Notes: generated from the sequence alone by a model not told the origin. 64,000 nucleotides of DNA from Paramecium tetraurelia (GCA_000165425.1 CT868022.1:186001-250000), one strand, 5' to 3'. Positions 1 through 16,372 are shown, numbered from the stretch's first letter. Numbers and translations: made by a program.

Positions 1-1248
1 CAATTATACAGACATGCTTGTTTTGGACAGAGTTTCTCTTTCTATACAAATCAAGCCAAATAGCTAGAGGACAAGGCAATGTTTTTGGTGTAAGATTTAA
101 GATTTAAAGTTATGAAAGATAAGATCGATTTGGAAAAGGTGTTTATCAAATATGACAAATCAGGAGATAACTCACTAGATATGAAAGAGTAATGTGAGTG
201 ATTTTATTAGATTAACTTTGTTATTGCATGAGATAGACCCGAAATTGGATAGAGAGGAGATCGAATACATCTTCAACAAAATAGATCTGGATAGCAGTAA
301 CTCTATTGAGTTGAATGAATTCAAAAAATGGTTGGAGGAGAATCAAGTCTAAATGTCCATGAGAAACTAGTCTAAACCACACATCTAAAGAAAAGGAACT
401 GTAGAGATGCCAAAGGTTTATCCTAATAATTCAGAACAAGTAATTCCAGATTTTGATAATACATAACATGTATAACATATAAGTCCTTAATAATAATAAT
501 AGTAATAAATAGGAAGTCAATAATAATAGTAATATTAGAAATAATATACAAATTAATAATCATAATAATATCCATAATAATAATAATAATAGTAATAATA
601 AGTAGGAACTCAATAATAATAATATTAGAAATAATATTCAAATTAATTATCATAATAATATCCATAATTACCATAGTAATAATAATAATAATATCCACCA
701 TAATAATATTCACAATAATTTTAATATCCAAATTCTCCTGGATAATAAGGTACGGCTGGCTCTTAATAACAGTATCAAATGTAATCTCAACCCTTTCCTC
801 AAATGAACAATTCATAACAATTCAATTAAGGCTTTTATCAACAACCTCCAGCCTATATACCTAATCAGTAACCTCAGCCACCCCAAAATTTAGCTTAAGA
901 GAGAGCTATGTTGACTATCTAAAAATTGGTTATTGCAATTGAGAAATACAACATTAACATCTACGATCTATTTAGAAAGTATGATAAAACTGAATCACAG
1001 TCGTTGGATATGAAAGAGTTCGGAGTGATGCTCAGGTATCCCAATTAAAACTAATCTTTTACCATAGGAAAATCGATAGTCAATTGACTGATCAAGATAT
1101 TAATCAGGCCTTTTGGATTTTTGACGTTGACAGAAGCCAAGAAATCACTTTCAAAGAGTTCCAAGATGGAATCGTTTCGTACTTAAATCAATGGAAAGCC
1201 CAGGTTAATTAATAAAACAGTGTTGGTTACCAATATTAAAAATATTGA
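1..1248 (+). CDS. EF-hand calcium-binding protein with central Gln-rich low-complexity region (5' end outside window)
   Basis: Code-6 translation shows EF loops DKSGDNSLDMKE, DLDSSNSIELNE, DKTESQSLDMKE, DVDRSQEITFKE; introns 189-210 and 1036-1067; TGA 1246-1248. Confidence 0.85.
488..720 (+). repeat. (TAA/TAG)n poly-Gln tract containing a 93-bp tandem duplication
   Basis: GGAAGTCAA at 512 and GGAACTCAA at 605 start two similar 31-aa units, G(S/T)QQQQQYQKQY(T/S)NQxSQQYPQ. Confidence 0.85.
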
Positions 1249-1268
1249 ATTATTAAAAATAGTTTAGC

Positions 1269-2657
1269 ATGTTTAAATTATGTTATAGATTCACAAAAAC
1301 CCATTTACCAGTCTTTAAGCAATATCCCTTGCATCCTAAAATATTAGAAATCTTGGATACTAAAGGCCTACACACAGCCACACCAGTTCAAGATATGATG
1401 TTCTCATGTTAAGATAAAGTAAGATTATTAATTGGACCCACAGGAACAGGTAAGACTTATGCTTATCTCCTACCAATCTTGGGAAAATTGAAACAAGAGG
1501 AAGAGGAATAAAACAAAATATTGACTGAGTAGAATAAACCAAGAGCAATTGTGGTTGTATCAACCAAAGAATTGGCAGAATAAGTGGAAGACGTAAGTTA
1601 AGAGTTCACTAAAGCAATGAAGCTCAGCACAATAGCATTGGGTAAGGGCACTTTTAAGAGGGAATAAAGTTATTTGTAAGAAGGAGTCGATTTGGTTGTC
1701 ACTACATTGGAAAGACTGTAGAGACATAGAAGTGCCTAATCAATATATCTCTCAAGAGTATAACATTATGTGGTTGATGAGATCGACACACTATTGGATG
1801 CGTCTATGTAGGATGACTTAAAAAAATTGGCTACTTATTTCAAGGATAAAGATGCCATGACCACATATTGTGGAGCCACTTATAGTACGAAAGTTAAGAA
1901 TTTTATAGAGAGTTAATACAAGAAGGATATCGCTCTCTTAATTGAAAAGCAATCGCATATGCATCTTGAAAATCTGTCTCATGATTTTGTACACTGCACT
2001 ACTCTTGATAAAAGTGAACCCTTTATAGCATTATATAAGGAATGCTAAACTAAATTTAAAGGTTCGATCATTATATTTTGCAATGAAATTACTAGTTGCC
2101 ATTTTCTAGAATTCTTTTGCAAAAAGAATGGAATTAAGACTGTTTCCTTACATGGTGATTTACCCAAGGGAATGAGATCCTAAAATGTCGCAGAATTTCG
2201 AAGTTAGCAATGTAAGGTGTTGATTACGACTGATTTGGGAGCAAGAGGTCTGGATTTCCCATTTGTTGATGCTGTAATTAATTTTGATTTTCCCAATTCA
2301 ACAAGTGATTATCTGCATAGAGCAGGAAGAGCAGGAAGAGCTGGAAAGAAAGGATTCATTTACAGTTTGTATCATAATAGCGAATAAAGTGTAATTGATG
2401 AGTTAAGGAAAGCTAATGAAGGTGAGCGACCTATAAGGATTGAAGAGTCAGCTTATAGTAAAACTAATAAGGAAGATTCACCAAAAGAAAAGGTAGTCAA
2501 ATCAAAATCTTAATAATAATAATAATAATAATAATCACCCAAATCTAAGACTTAGAAACATTATGTCAAAGGGTATAAGCCTGCTTAAAAATAAACTAAA
2601 TAGGAAAGAACTTCTTCTAAGAGTTACTTTAAAAAGGTTCATGAAGGCAAAGTGTGA
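1269..2657 (+). CDS. DEAD-box RNA helicase (DEID variant), possibly mitochondrial
   Basis: Intronless 462 aa; [36 protein letters not shown] motifs. Confidence 0.9.
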
Positions 2658-3187
2658 TATATTATATTGTATATATTTAAGATTAATCTGTGATTATATA
2701 TAAATATTCTAAATATGAAAATGAAGAAAATTCTAATTAATTTAGAAACAAAAGTATTGTAAATTAAACTAAGCACTTAAAGTTTGCATATTTTATTCTA
2801 AATTCATAAACGTTTTCATATAAATTAACTGGTTAAAAACTATAAAGTGAATTTATAAATACCTCATAGATTTACAAAATTTTTGATCAGTAGATTTATT
2901 TTCTTAAAGATCAATAGACTTAGAATGAGGGATATTAACTTTGCTGAATGATATTATCAATAAATTGGAAGTCTATTTAAATAAATACTAAGTTAAGATG
3001 GCTCACCTATAATAAGCCTATTTCAAATCTTGATACATAATTTTATAAAACGAAATTAATAATACATCTAAAGCAGCCAGTGTGAAATTAAATAGATAAT
3101 AAAAAATATAAGAATAACAAAAAAATGTGTTTGATTTTCTATAAATAAGTGTAATTATGAAATACTTAGAAAAATATCATCAATATT

Positions 3188-6100
3188 TCATTTTTAATTT
3201 TCTACACAAAAAACATGGTTTCCAGAATCAGAATAATCAACACTTTTACTATTACTTTTTTTCTTTTTTTCATTAATTTATTATTAATCTTCTTCATTTT
3301 TTGACTATTCTTATTCTTCACCTTAATCTTATTCTCCTTCTTATTCTTATTCATCATCTTATTCTTATTCTTGTTCTCCTTCTTCTTCCTCTACTTCTTG
3401 ATCTACTTCATCATCTTCCCCATCCTCTTCTCCTTCATCCATTTCATCTTATAACTTCTATATTTCAGCATTGTCATTAACTATACAATCACTCATTTTC
3501 AATCCATATTTTACAATAGGTGGTAATTAATTAGGTATTAACCAATCCATATTATCTCCTTTTTCAATCTCTTCAATTTCTTCAGCTCCATTCATTTAAT
3601 AGTTTTATTCTTCAATCAAAGCCTTTTAAGCAGCCTATCTATCATCAATATCTTCAACTTGTTTGATGGCTTAATCCATTTTCTCATCATCAAAGAGTTA
3701 AAAGGATTTTAATATTTATTCTGGACTGAACATACCAGATTGCATCACAAAATCATCTAATTATCTTTTCTGCAAAGATTTCAAAAAGATATTCTCTTCG
3801 ATAGTAGAGTTAGTGATCAATCTATATATAGTCACAGGTCTAACTTGACCAATTCTATGACATCTATCTTGAGCCTGTTTATCCATAGCTGGATTCCAAT
3901 CAGTATCATAAAATATAACAGTATCAGCTCCAGTTAAATTTAATCCAATTCCTCCACTTCTAGTTGATGAGATAAAGCAAGTGATATTCAATTGATTAAA
4001 ACTTTCTACTATCTTTTATCTCATCTCGACTGGAGTAGATCCATCCAATCTCAAATAGGAAATCTTACTCAGAGATAGGACTGCTTCAAAAAGATCGAGC
4101 ATCTTAGTCATCTATGTGAAAATGATGATTTTATGATTCTGTGATTTTAATTTATAAATTAAAGAGACCAGAGTATTCATTTTACCACAATCATATATCA
4201 ATAGTTTCTTATTTGGGAAAAGCATCCTTTATTTTTAGATCATATAAAACAAAGAATCGACACCTCTAGGTATAGTATCTTGCTATTATGCTTGATAAGG
4301 ACTATAATAGAGTTGTTATGGCAAAGCATCAACTTTTCTGATGACACAACTGAATTCATTAAGAGTTTCTTGCATTTTTTCTAATAAGTAATCAACTGTT
4401 GGCATCAAGAAGCTTTTAATTTGTTCTTTACAACAAGTAAGCATTTCAGGATTGTATGTCAATAAAGCGTGGTAGAATACTACTTTTCTATAGCTATTTG
4501 ACATATTTGATTTGAATCTAGATTAAACTTATGAATTTTCTAATTCAACCCATCTTTTACCAAATTTTGATGCCTTTTTATTCATAATTCGTTATTCAAT
4601 TATGTTTGAATAGAACTATAAGACTTCTTAGGAGGGGAATCTTTGTTTAATTTATGTAACATGTAATTTGATTGGAGATTGTCTTAGATTTAATTAAACT
4701 CTTTTTGGATATGTAAATTTGAGAGCAGGGAAAAAGAATGGTTATTCTACTGGTCTTTATTCAAACAGTTCAGGATGATTACAGACTTTTCTTAATTATT
4801 ACACTTTGTTCATCATGGTAACAAAATCTGTTCCTTAGATTTCGAAGTTGCCAGAAGATTGAATGAATTCATCATATAAATATTTCTATCTTCTTGACAA
4901 ATCACATTTCACTATTATCTCCCTTTTCTCTGGCAATTACTTCTCTACATCCTTCTTCAACCTCCTCAAAACAAAGGGTCTCAATATATCATGCAATTAT
5001 CTTAAGACTTCTTCTGAAATTGTTTTATTTTCCTAGATGGCTTTCTCTATACTCATAAACCATTGTAAAAAATCTTAATGACTGTCAAAAATTGAGGGCA
5101 TTAAGAAATGAAGTAAACTCCAAATTTCACCTAAATCATTCTAAAGGGGAGTTCCTGTCAAAAGCAATCGACTTCTTGTATTAAAATTCAATAAGACTTA
5201 CCACCTTTGAGATTTAAAGTTTTTAATATGTTAAGCTTCATCTAATATCATGTAATACCACTTCTTTCTTTTAAACACTTTGCTATCCTATATCACAATC
5301 TTATAACTTGTTATACAAACGTGGAAACTGTTCAATTAACTCCATCCTTATCTTTTTAATTTCCTCTCTTTGGGTGACCCAAAGTAAGTCATAATTTTAA
5401 AAGCAGGACACCATCTCTTGAATTCAATTTCCCAATTCATCAAAATACTTGTAGGAACAATAACTAAGTGAGGACCCCAAATTTATTTATTTGCTGCTAG
5501 GTATGCTAATAAAGCAATAGTCTATATTGTCTTTCCCAAACCCATCTCATCTGCCAAAATTCCATTCATCTGTTATTGATGTAAACTTGCCATCCAATGA
5601 ACTCCTACCAATTAATATATTCTTAATTGTCCATTCAATAAAAATGGTTACTATTCCAACAAACCTAAATTTATGATATTCTGTTACTGTCTTCTGCTTC
5701 GAATAGAAATGGGAATTATTTAGATTTTTTAAGCACCTTTAAACATTTGTCTGCATCCAATATACTCTCATCCACTTCTTCATCTTTAGACTCAACCTTA
5801 GCTATTTCATATCTGTCTTGCCCCACTTTTATGAGATCAATTACAATATCTGATTTTAAATGAGTTAAATAATACTTGATTAAACTGACTATATTTATTT
5901 TTTGAAGCCTGGCCATGCATTTTATCTTCGTTTTAATTCATAATAGAGTGTTTTGAATTTCTCAATTGGTATCAAGTTGGTTTCATCTTCTTATTGTGCA
6001 TTTTAATATTGGGATAACTTCTATCCAATTTCTTCTGTAACTTCTTTTAATCTAGTAACTATGTCTCCTAACTTCTATTTTTGAGTCTCCTATTTTATTT

Positions 6101-6584
6101 TGTCATCCTTGAATTATTGCACTTGCTTTCGTATTTGCCACACGTATTTCCAAAATTCTCTCTATACAGTTTTGGCTACTTTTTGTAATTGTCTAAATTG
6201 GTTCTTTTCTTCATTCTTTATATTATTTTCACTTGTACCTTCTCTTTTTCCTTAATTGCCTCATAATATTTTAACCTTTTATTAATTGCTTATTCTGCTA
6301 ATTTCTTAGTCTTAAATTTGAAGCATTCCAGTCTCCTCGTCATATACTGTTGCATTTCACTCTACTATCACTCAATAAAATACCATCTCATTTAGGATAT
6401 AATTCCATCTATATTGAGTATTAGTTTTGGGCTCCTGCTTTTTTTCAGGCAAATTTCCATATGACTCTTTAATATCTTTTAATTGTTCTTCCAATTTGAA
6501 TTTCTCCTCCAGCATCTGGCTCCTTGACAATTTGCCTTATAATTTTTGCGCTTTTTTTATTGACTTACTTTCTGATTCAGACAT
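3188..6584 (-). CDS. SWR1: SWR1/Domino-type SNF2 chromatin-remodelling ATPase
   Basis: [71 protein letters not shown]; 22-nt intron near 6362-6383 restores frame; acidic tail. Confidence 0.9.
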
Positions 6585-6967
6585 AAATAATATTAAATTT
6601 ATTCTAAATTATTTTCAAGTATAAATAACAACTACAGGATTTGATTGATCGCATCAACACTCCCCTTTAATATCCACCTTACAATTTTTGAACTCCCACA
6701 TTCACTAATTTTCAACCCCCTTAGAATGTCGATCTGTCATTGCAATTCTGTACACATTGTTGTGTATTGGCACCCCTCTCAAAGAGAACGCCTATTGAAA
6801 TTCTTGCACGTTTGTAAATTATATAGAATAAACTCAACTTTCATGTAATATAAATTAAATTTTATAAAAATAAGTATTTTTAAATAGGAGGAGAATTCAT
6901 TGGAAAATTGAATGGAAGCTGAAATACAAAACTATTGACAGCCATTTGATTTGAAATAAATAATTCA

Positions 6968-9223
<2,256 letters not shown>

Positions 9224-9545
9224 AAATTTATTAAATAAATGAATTATTCCCATATTTTAATTTTTTTGATTTATTTGGCAATTAACCATAGCACCTCTCA
9301 ATTCTAGACATCGCTAAGTTTGCCTGAGATTTATTCCTTTGATGAGTCTAGATCCCAGCCAAACTTAGCGAAATCAGAGAATTTGAACTCTTTAATTCAT
9401 CCGTATCAATTATCAATTAATTCTGGTAATCAAAAACAGTTTTTCTAGCGAACTCACAAGGCCATATTCATATAATTTTAGACTTAATATAATTAATAGC
9501 TTATTTTTTAATTCAAGTAGTGTAATTCAATGTTTAATAAATTTT

Positions 9546-11135
9546 ATGGCATAATTAGCATAAGAGGCTGAAGTCAGCCAATAAATTCAAAAAGTGCTTA
9601 AGCAATCTGTATCCAAAAGGGAAAAGCAGTCACTGATCAAATCTATAAAAAAGAGCTCAATCGCTCAAACTGGCAAGGCGTCCTCATTACAAACCATAAT
9701 CTCTGTCTCCAACTCAATGGTGGGCACCAGCACGTTGGTCTTCCCAGTGCTATTTTGTCAATCAGGAATTGGATTGGGTATTGTTATCGCCATAATCATT
9801 GGATTGATTTCATGCAGAACCACTCAATTATTGATTGTACATAATAAATCAGATGAGGTATAATAACACAATTCATGAATTAATAGATGGACTTGCCAGA
9901 TACCTTACAACGAGTTCTGGGTCCAAAGTGGAAGACCATTTTTAACATTAGTAATGTAATCCTCCTGTGGGCCAGTGGGATTATCTATATGATCTTGATA
10001 TGCAATCAACTTTATCCCTTAATTTAAATAATATGTGATAATATTGGCATAGAAAGCGCACCACTAACTGACATCACTCTCTCCAAGCTATCATACTAAT
10101 GGATAGGAATTGGTTACACTCTATTTATTCTGCCAATGTTTTTCTAAAAGAAACTGGGAATCATTTTGCAACTCTTACCCTATGGAATTATTTCAGTATT
10201 TTCATTCATCTTATTCACAATATATGAAGGAATCTATATGTTAGTAACTGACCATCAAGGAGTGGTAGATAATTTGAAATGGTTTAGTTGGGATGTATCC
10301 ACAATGGCTGGTACATTTGCATTGGCATTGTTAATATAATCTATGGTTGTACCGATAATGAAGAATAATATGATTTAATAAAATAACAACCGAGATATTG
10401 CAATTGGATTTGGATGGACATGGTTTGTCTATTGCATGGCTGGCACATTTGGAGCTTTTGCAGTTGCTGGAGCTTTGGCAAATAATTAGAAGTAAGAGGG
10501 CAAGAGTGGATCTACTCTTTTAGATTATTATCCATCGGACAACCCCTTGGTCATAATTATATAGGTTCTACTGTTTCTATAGTTGACTCTTGTCTTTCCA
10601 GTATTACAATTTATCACAAGATCCTAATTTTTTGGTCTCATCTATGATTTGGAAAGATAACCCAAATGGTAATTCTACGCATTCTCATTGACTTATGCAA
10701 TAACTTGCTTAGTGGTTCAATGTGTCGAAGTTGATTTGTCCTTAATCATTAGTTTATGTGGGTACTGTGATTTGATTTATTTTTTACAGAGCTGTTATTG
10801 GATTATTTCAAGAATACATCATCCCTATTACTTTGCATTTGAGTTGCTTGTATGCCAAGAAGGGTTCCTAAACTCCCAATTAGCCCAATTATAATCAAGT
10901 CCAAGCTAGTGTGGAATCAACAGAATATTTGGTAGATTAGGTCGATTTCACTAAGTTCTCACTCAATGATGAGGTTTACTTTATATTTTATGGTTAATAG
11001 GAGGATTTGAAGTGCAATGATCATTCAGACTTGCTAAAGCGTATGCCTAAGAATTTACGAATATCCTTATATTCATTTATTTTAGTGATTGGAGTCGCTA
11101 TTGGAATTGGCAAATTGATTGATATATTTAAATGA
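9546..11135 (+). CDS. Amino-acid transporter (Aa_trans family, SLC38A9-like)
   Basis: SSLQTIISVSNSMVGTSTLVFP TM1 signature, many hydrophobic helices, tiny introns, TGA 11133-11135. Confidence 0.8.
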
Positions 11136-11288
11136 TGTTTATGTATATAATTATTTCATTGAAATTATGATCTCAATATAGAAAAATGATGCAATCAATA
11201 AAAGGGAAGTTAACGCTTGATTTCTGCGTGCAAAATTCAAATTTTTATAAAATAATTGTAACAAGTATTAATAATTAAAATAAGTTTA

Positions 11289-12763
11289 ATGAAAGTAAAT
11301 TTTTATTTATTGATATTTGGTTACGTAATATGCCAAGTATCGAGCGATAATACTTTTGCCTATCACAATACTGAATAAGCTTATCAATTTCTGATTGAAA
11401 ACTAGGATGAGTTAATACTTGGTTAATGGACAGCAAGTTCAGAACACTTGGTTTACTTAAACATAGTTTTTGACAACAAAAATTTACTATTGTAAGTCTA
11501 CCCAAGACAAAACAACGATTACGGAGACACCCACTATTTCAGATTGAGTTACTCATTAAGCAATAGCTCCTATCACTTTGATTCAGTCAAAAAGTATTTA
11601 TTGACAATTAACTTTTAGGCGAATGACATGGAACAATACCTTAACTGAAGTTACTCTACAAAGTAATAAGGAAAGTAACCATTTTTAGTGCTCTGCCACT
11701 ATTTAATTAGAAATCCAAAAATCTTAGAATTCCAAAAATCTTAATATTTATAGTGAATTTGAAGAGGGTTGTTAGATGAATGAAGAGAGATTATAACTAT
11801 TGATGTTTAACAATTCGAAATATTCATTAGATCTTTAATCCTACACTGCTCTTATCATATGCATTTCACTATTTCAAATAATCAATTCACATTACTATTT
11901 AAATTCGGATTGTGTTCCAAATTAAGGTGGTTCACTCACAATCTCCATAATCTTGACTCAAGACATTTACATTTGCATATTTAGCTCATTGCTGTTTGAC
12001 ACACCTAGATTTTACTATTTCATTCCCTGCTTGCTTTCTCAGCTGATTACTATTTTATGTGATCTCAAAATGAAAGCTAAATTAACTGTAATTATATTAT
12101 TAATAATTTATAGTAAACTGAGAATTACAGTAAGAAAGACATACTTGTACTAATTATTGAAATGACATCCACTTCATTCCTATTCCTTCAAATTAAATAC
12201 TGGTATGGGATGATCCTTCTGAATTTGTTTTTATTGCCCCAAATAATATTCACCTTTTTTACAGGAAACCGATAGAAATTCAACTTTAATTATCTCGGAA
12301 CAATTTTCCCAAGAGTCCTGCTCTCCTTATACTTTACAGCCTATTCGAATAACATTTTACTATTCAAATATAATTTAATTGTTGTTGGGATAGTCTTACT
12401 CATATCTATCACCTAATTCATTTTGTACTTTTGCCAATGTCAATACGGATTATTCATCCTCTAGACTATGAAATTTAATTACTTCGTCAAATCCACAGAA
12501 GATCATTCCCAATTAGATTGTTCAATTTGTCTTGATAATTTGAAAAACACCTCAGAATCCTACAACGTAACCTCTGAGGAGCCTGTTCTTGTTCAGACTT
12601 TGAACATGGCCACTCAAAAATAACTATTGATGAACACTCCATGCGTAAGACTTTTTCATTATATTCCTAGAACCATGTATTTCATCCTTCATGTTTGATA
12701 TAATGGATGTAAATAAACCTTACATGTCCATTGTGTAAGAGTTCACTTCCATAAATATGCTGA
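11289..12763 (+). CDS. Multi-pass membrane RING-H2 E3 ligase (Tul1/Dsc1-like)
   Basis: Signal peptide MKVNFYLLIFGYVICQVSS, TM helices, CSICL...TPC|NHVFHPSCLIQWM..TCPLCK; intron 12645-12670. Confidence 0.8.
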
Positions 12764-13012
12764 TGGAAATCATGAGCTTTATTTGTATATATTTGATTAA
12801 AACAGATGATGTTCAAATGTCGTAATGTATTATAACATATTATTAAAAAAATTCTTAAATTCTTAGTCCCTTTTTTAATTAAATTAAATATTTATTTTTA
12901 TTCTCTCCCCTCAATTACGAATCATTTCCATTCTTCCGACCCCAATCAAATCTCATATGCATATAAATCTCTTATTTTTATATTATTATTAAATTTTAAA
13001 TAAACACTAACT

Positions 13013-13432
13013 TCAATATAAATGATCATCATTAAAATCCTTTCCCTTCAAGACCTTTTATTTTATCTTAATCTTCACTTAATCTGCCTACTTTTCCTAA
13101 TAAATTTGTCTCGCAAAGTAATATTCAGGAGAATAGTCCCTATCGTAATTGTATTGTGTTTTGTAGTAAATATATTGTTTTAAAAGTTTTTACTCTTGTT
13201 TCTAATGAGATATATAGTCATTATGAGGACATCCCTCTTTATGAACAATGCCTTTCTTAGGATCAGGATCCTTTTAACAGTCACAATCTTTCAACCCTTT
13301 TTGTAAGGCTTCGTTGTAATCATCTAAACTTTTTGGAAAACAATTTTTAAGTTTATCAACGGCAAATTTTTTTTATTTGTCTTTATGATGCTTCTACCTT
13401 GCATATTCTTCTCTGTTTACTTCTTTTGCCAT
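13013..13432 (-). CDS. Hypothetical protein, 139 aa
   Basis: Uninterrupted code-6 ORF MAKEVNREEYARQKHH...DDHLY*; no recognisable domain. Confidence 0.65.
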
Positions 13433-14967
13433 TTTAATTAATTAAAATTTTATTGATTAAAACTGAAAAATTAAAAATGAATGATCCGTCTCTGTCAGTA
13501 ATCATCAAATCTAGTAAAAATGATCCATTATAAAATTGCCAAAATCGAGCCAACATACGCCCTCCTTTGATTCTGCTATTGATTTTAATTTGATTAAATT
13601 AAGATGAAAGGTTTACCATCAATAAATGTGTAATAGACAAAATTATTAATCTTAAAGCAAACCAATTAACCTCAAATTATATTTTTTTATATCTTTGGTT
13701 AATCATCTTTTGAGTATAAATTTAAAAATAAAATTATAATTAGACAAAATAATTTAAATACAATCACAAAGAAATATAGATTCAATAAATCTCTTTCAGT
13801 AATTGATTATTCTTGGGATTATTTTCTCTATTCTAATTCAAATCTTTTTTTGTGCGTTTATTGACTAAGTATTTTCTGTATTCTTAGTGGATGTTATTAT
13901 ACAAAGTAGCGTATTTTATATTGAAGGCTGTTTTCTCCTCTTAGGTCATTTAGCTTTTCTTTTCCATTTAATTGAGGAAATCTTTTTCATTAACTATTTT
14001 TGAAATCAAATCCTCTTAGAGCAATAATTTAAATGCTCTTATCCTTTTGTTTATCACATATTTTTCCTTTTTATTGAACTATGATCTATTCTCTTCCTTA
14101 TACATTGTTTTTAGATAAATTATTAATATGAAATAGAAAGCTTGCTGGTGAATTTAAATCCCATTTTTAATTTCTTTATTAAAATGATAATATATAAGAA
14201 ATAATTAGGCTAATAATTAAATAAATTATTGTTATAAGTACTAGAAGCCAATAATATTTATTTAGTTATAAGAAATGCTTTCAACACAAATCCATATGTA
14301 TCAAAATATACAATTTTCATTGTTACTCTAATTATGATGGAAAACTGGATTTATGTTCCAATATAGTCAGTAGATGTTTTAAAGGTTTATTAAGAGGAGG
14401 TATTTTCTTTTTTTGTCCCTCTTGTTGCCTATTCTGATTTTGTTGATGCTGAATTGGGTACCTATCCTCTTGAAATTCTGCTTAGATCAAAATGCTTTCA
14501 CTAAATTTTAACAATTTCCCAAAAAAACTAGATGGACATTTCTAACAAGGATTGCTACTGTTTAATTAAGGTTTATTCTTTTATTTCATAGAAGACTTTA
14601 ATTTTTAAATGTTATTTTTATTATATCTAATATAATTCATATCCTAATTATAATGAAAAAATATTTTAATAATTTGATTTAATTAAAGATTTATAGGAGT
14701 TATTTTTATTATTCCAATGTGAAAACAGGAGGCTATTCAATCTTAGTCATCATATTTGAATTAAAGGGAGTAAACATTTTAGAATTTAAGTAAATCAACA
14801 TAAATTAGCTTGAATGAATTACATCAAAAATGCGATGAAATTTAGAAAGACAAGCTCATTTAAATCATACAGTATTATTGATAGTTGTGGATATAATGCA
14901 GGAGAATTAATACTACATAAAAAGAGGTGCATAATAAATGCTATGAAAAATTAACTTAGTTATTTTT

Positions 14968-15882
14968 ATGAATTAATTAATTTAAGAATTAGAATGCCGC
15001 CATTCAACAGCAATTCCGATTGTTTATAGTTTGCTTTCTAGTTGTTTCTTCGCCTTGACTGCTTTGACTATAAAATTAGTGCCAAATGTGGCTCCAACTT
15101 AGGTGTTGTATGTTAGATCATTGTTCACAATAATGATGCTGAAATGGATTGCCAAGGACAAAATTGATAGTTATCCATAAAAATAGATAAATAAATTGTA
15201 ATGGAGAGGATTGTGTGGAGGATTGGGGACAGTGGCTTGGTTTTGTGCAGTTCGTTTGATTTAGTCCTCAGAAGTTATTGTGCTATCGAAGATCTCACCA
15301 TTGTGGACCGCCTTGATAGCTGCATATGTCACAAAGACGGATAAATTAACATTAAAACTTTTAATAATAATTTTATTGTGTATCATCGGAGTGGCTTTGA
15401 TAGCCAGACCTCCCTTTTTACTAATGGTTCTAGGTTAGACTGTGGATGCAAATAAAGAATACGATATGCACATGTTAGGAGTGATGTTGGCATTGACATC
15501 TTCAATCACATAATCAATAGTCTAAGTGATCATCTCTCACTTAGCAAAGTCAGTGCATTAGATTGCAATACTCCAATACTTTTCCTTTTACACAATCATA
15601 TTGCCAATGCTTTTTGAGTTGTATAATTAATCATAGTTGGTATTCCCAACAAGTCAAGAATGGGTGTTTTTATTGATGAATAGTGCGTCTGGAGGACTGG
15701 CTCAGTTTTTCATGAATCGATGTTTTATATTGGGGAAATTGAATAAGATGTCACTTGTGGGACAGTCACAGGTTCTGTTTAGTTATTTTTTCGATATCGT
15801 GGTGTTGAATGAGAGTATCAACAATTTAAGCATTATTGGGAGTGTTTTAGTTTGTGGGTGTTTGATTAGTGTGATTTTATGA
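14968..15882 (+). CDS. EamA/DMT transporter (SLC35G-like)
   Basis: 304-aa intronless ORF, about 10 TM helices, QVLYVRS and GVALIARPPFL motifs. Confidence 0.8.
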
Positions 15883-15892
15883 TTGTTAATTA

Positions 15893-16330
15893 ATGAAATA
15901 AATTATTTTGGCAATTCTACTTTTTGGATTATGTGTCCATGCACAGACAGACAGACATACCTTACAGGGAGCATTGAGTTTACTTGAGAAGGCATAAACC
16001 GATATGTCTGTATATGATTAACAAGAGCCAAGATTATACACTTGGTTTTGTTCATTCAGAGATGGGGTTTAAAGACTATTCCAACCCATCACAGAGAATA
16101 AACTGGCCAGTCAGTATGCTCTGTTTGGATCAGTGCCAGGAGTCATCCTTATGGCTGGAATAATGCCCATGATACTATTAGTCGTTTTTAGTTACGGCAT
16201 GTTCAAATTCATTACTTATGAACCAAAGAAGATGGAGTTCAAATATGCTAAATTGCCAGTCAAGGAAATTCAGAAGTCTTAGAATAAACAACAACAATAT
16301 CCACCATTTTGCGTATTTGGCTTTATATGA
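15893..16330 (+). CDS. Small protein with signal peptide and one TM segment
   Basis: 145-aa ORF MKQIILAILLFGLCVHA...GVILMAGIMPMILLVVFSYGMF. Confidence 0.7.
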
Positions 16331-16372
16331 ATGTCTATTCAATATTCTAAATATATTATATATAAGATGTTT

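Noticed and set aside
423..815. Ile-rich minus-strand ORF from the track
   Set aside because: Antisense shadow of the (TAA)n poly-Gln tract on the plus strand.
6705..6745. CAACCCC plus CTGTCA as a possible telomerase RNA template
   Set aside because: In ciliate telomerase RNAs the CUGUCA element lies 5' of the template; here the order is reversed and the C-run is five long.
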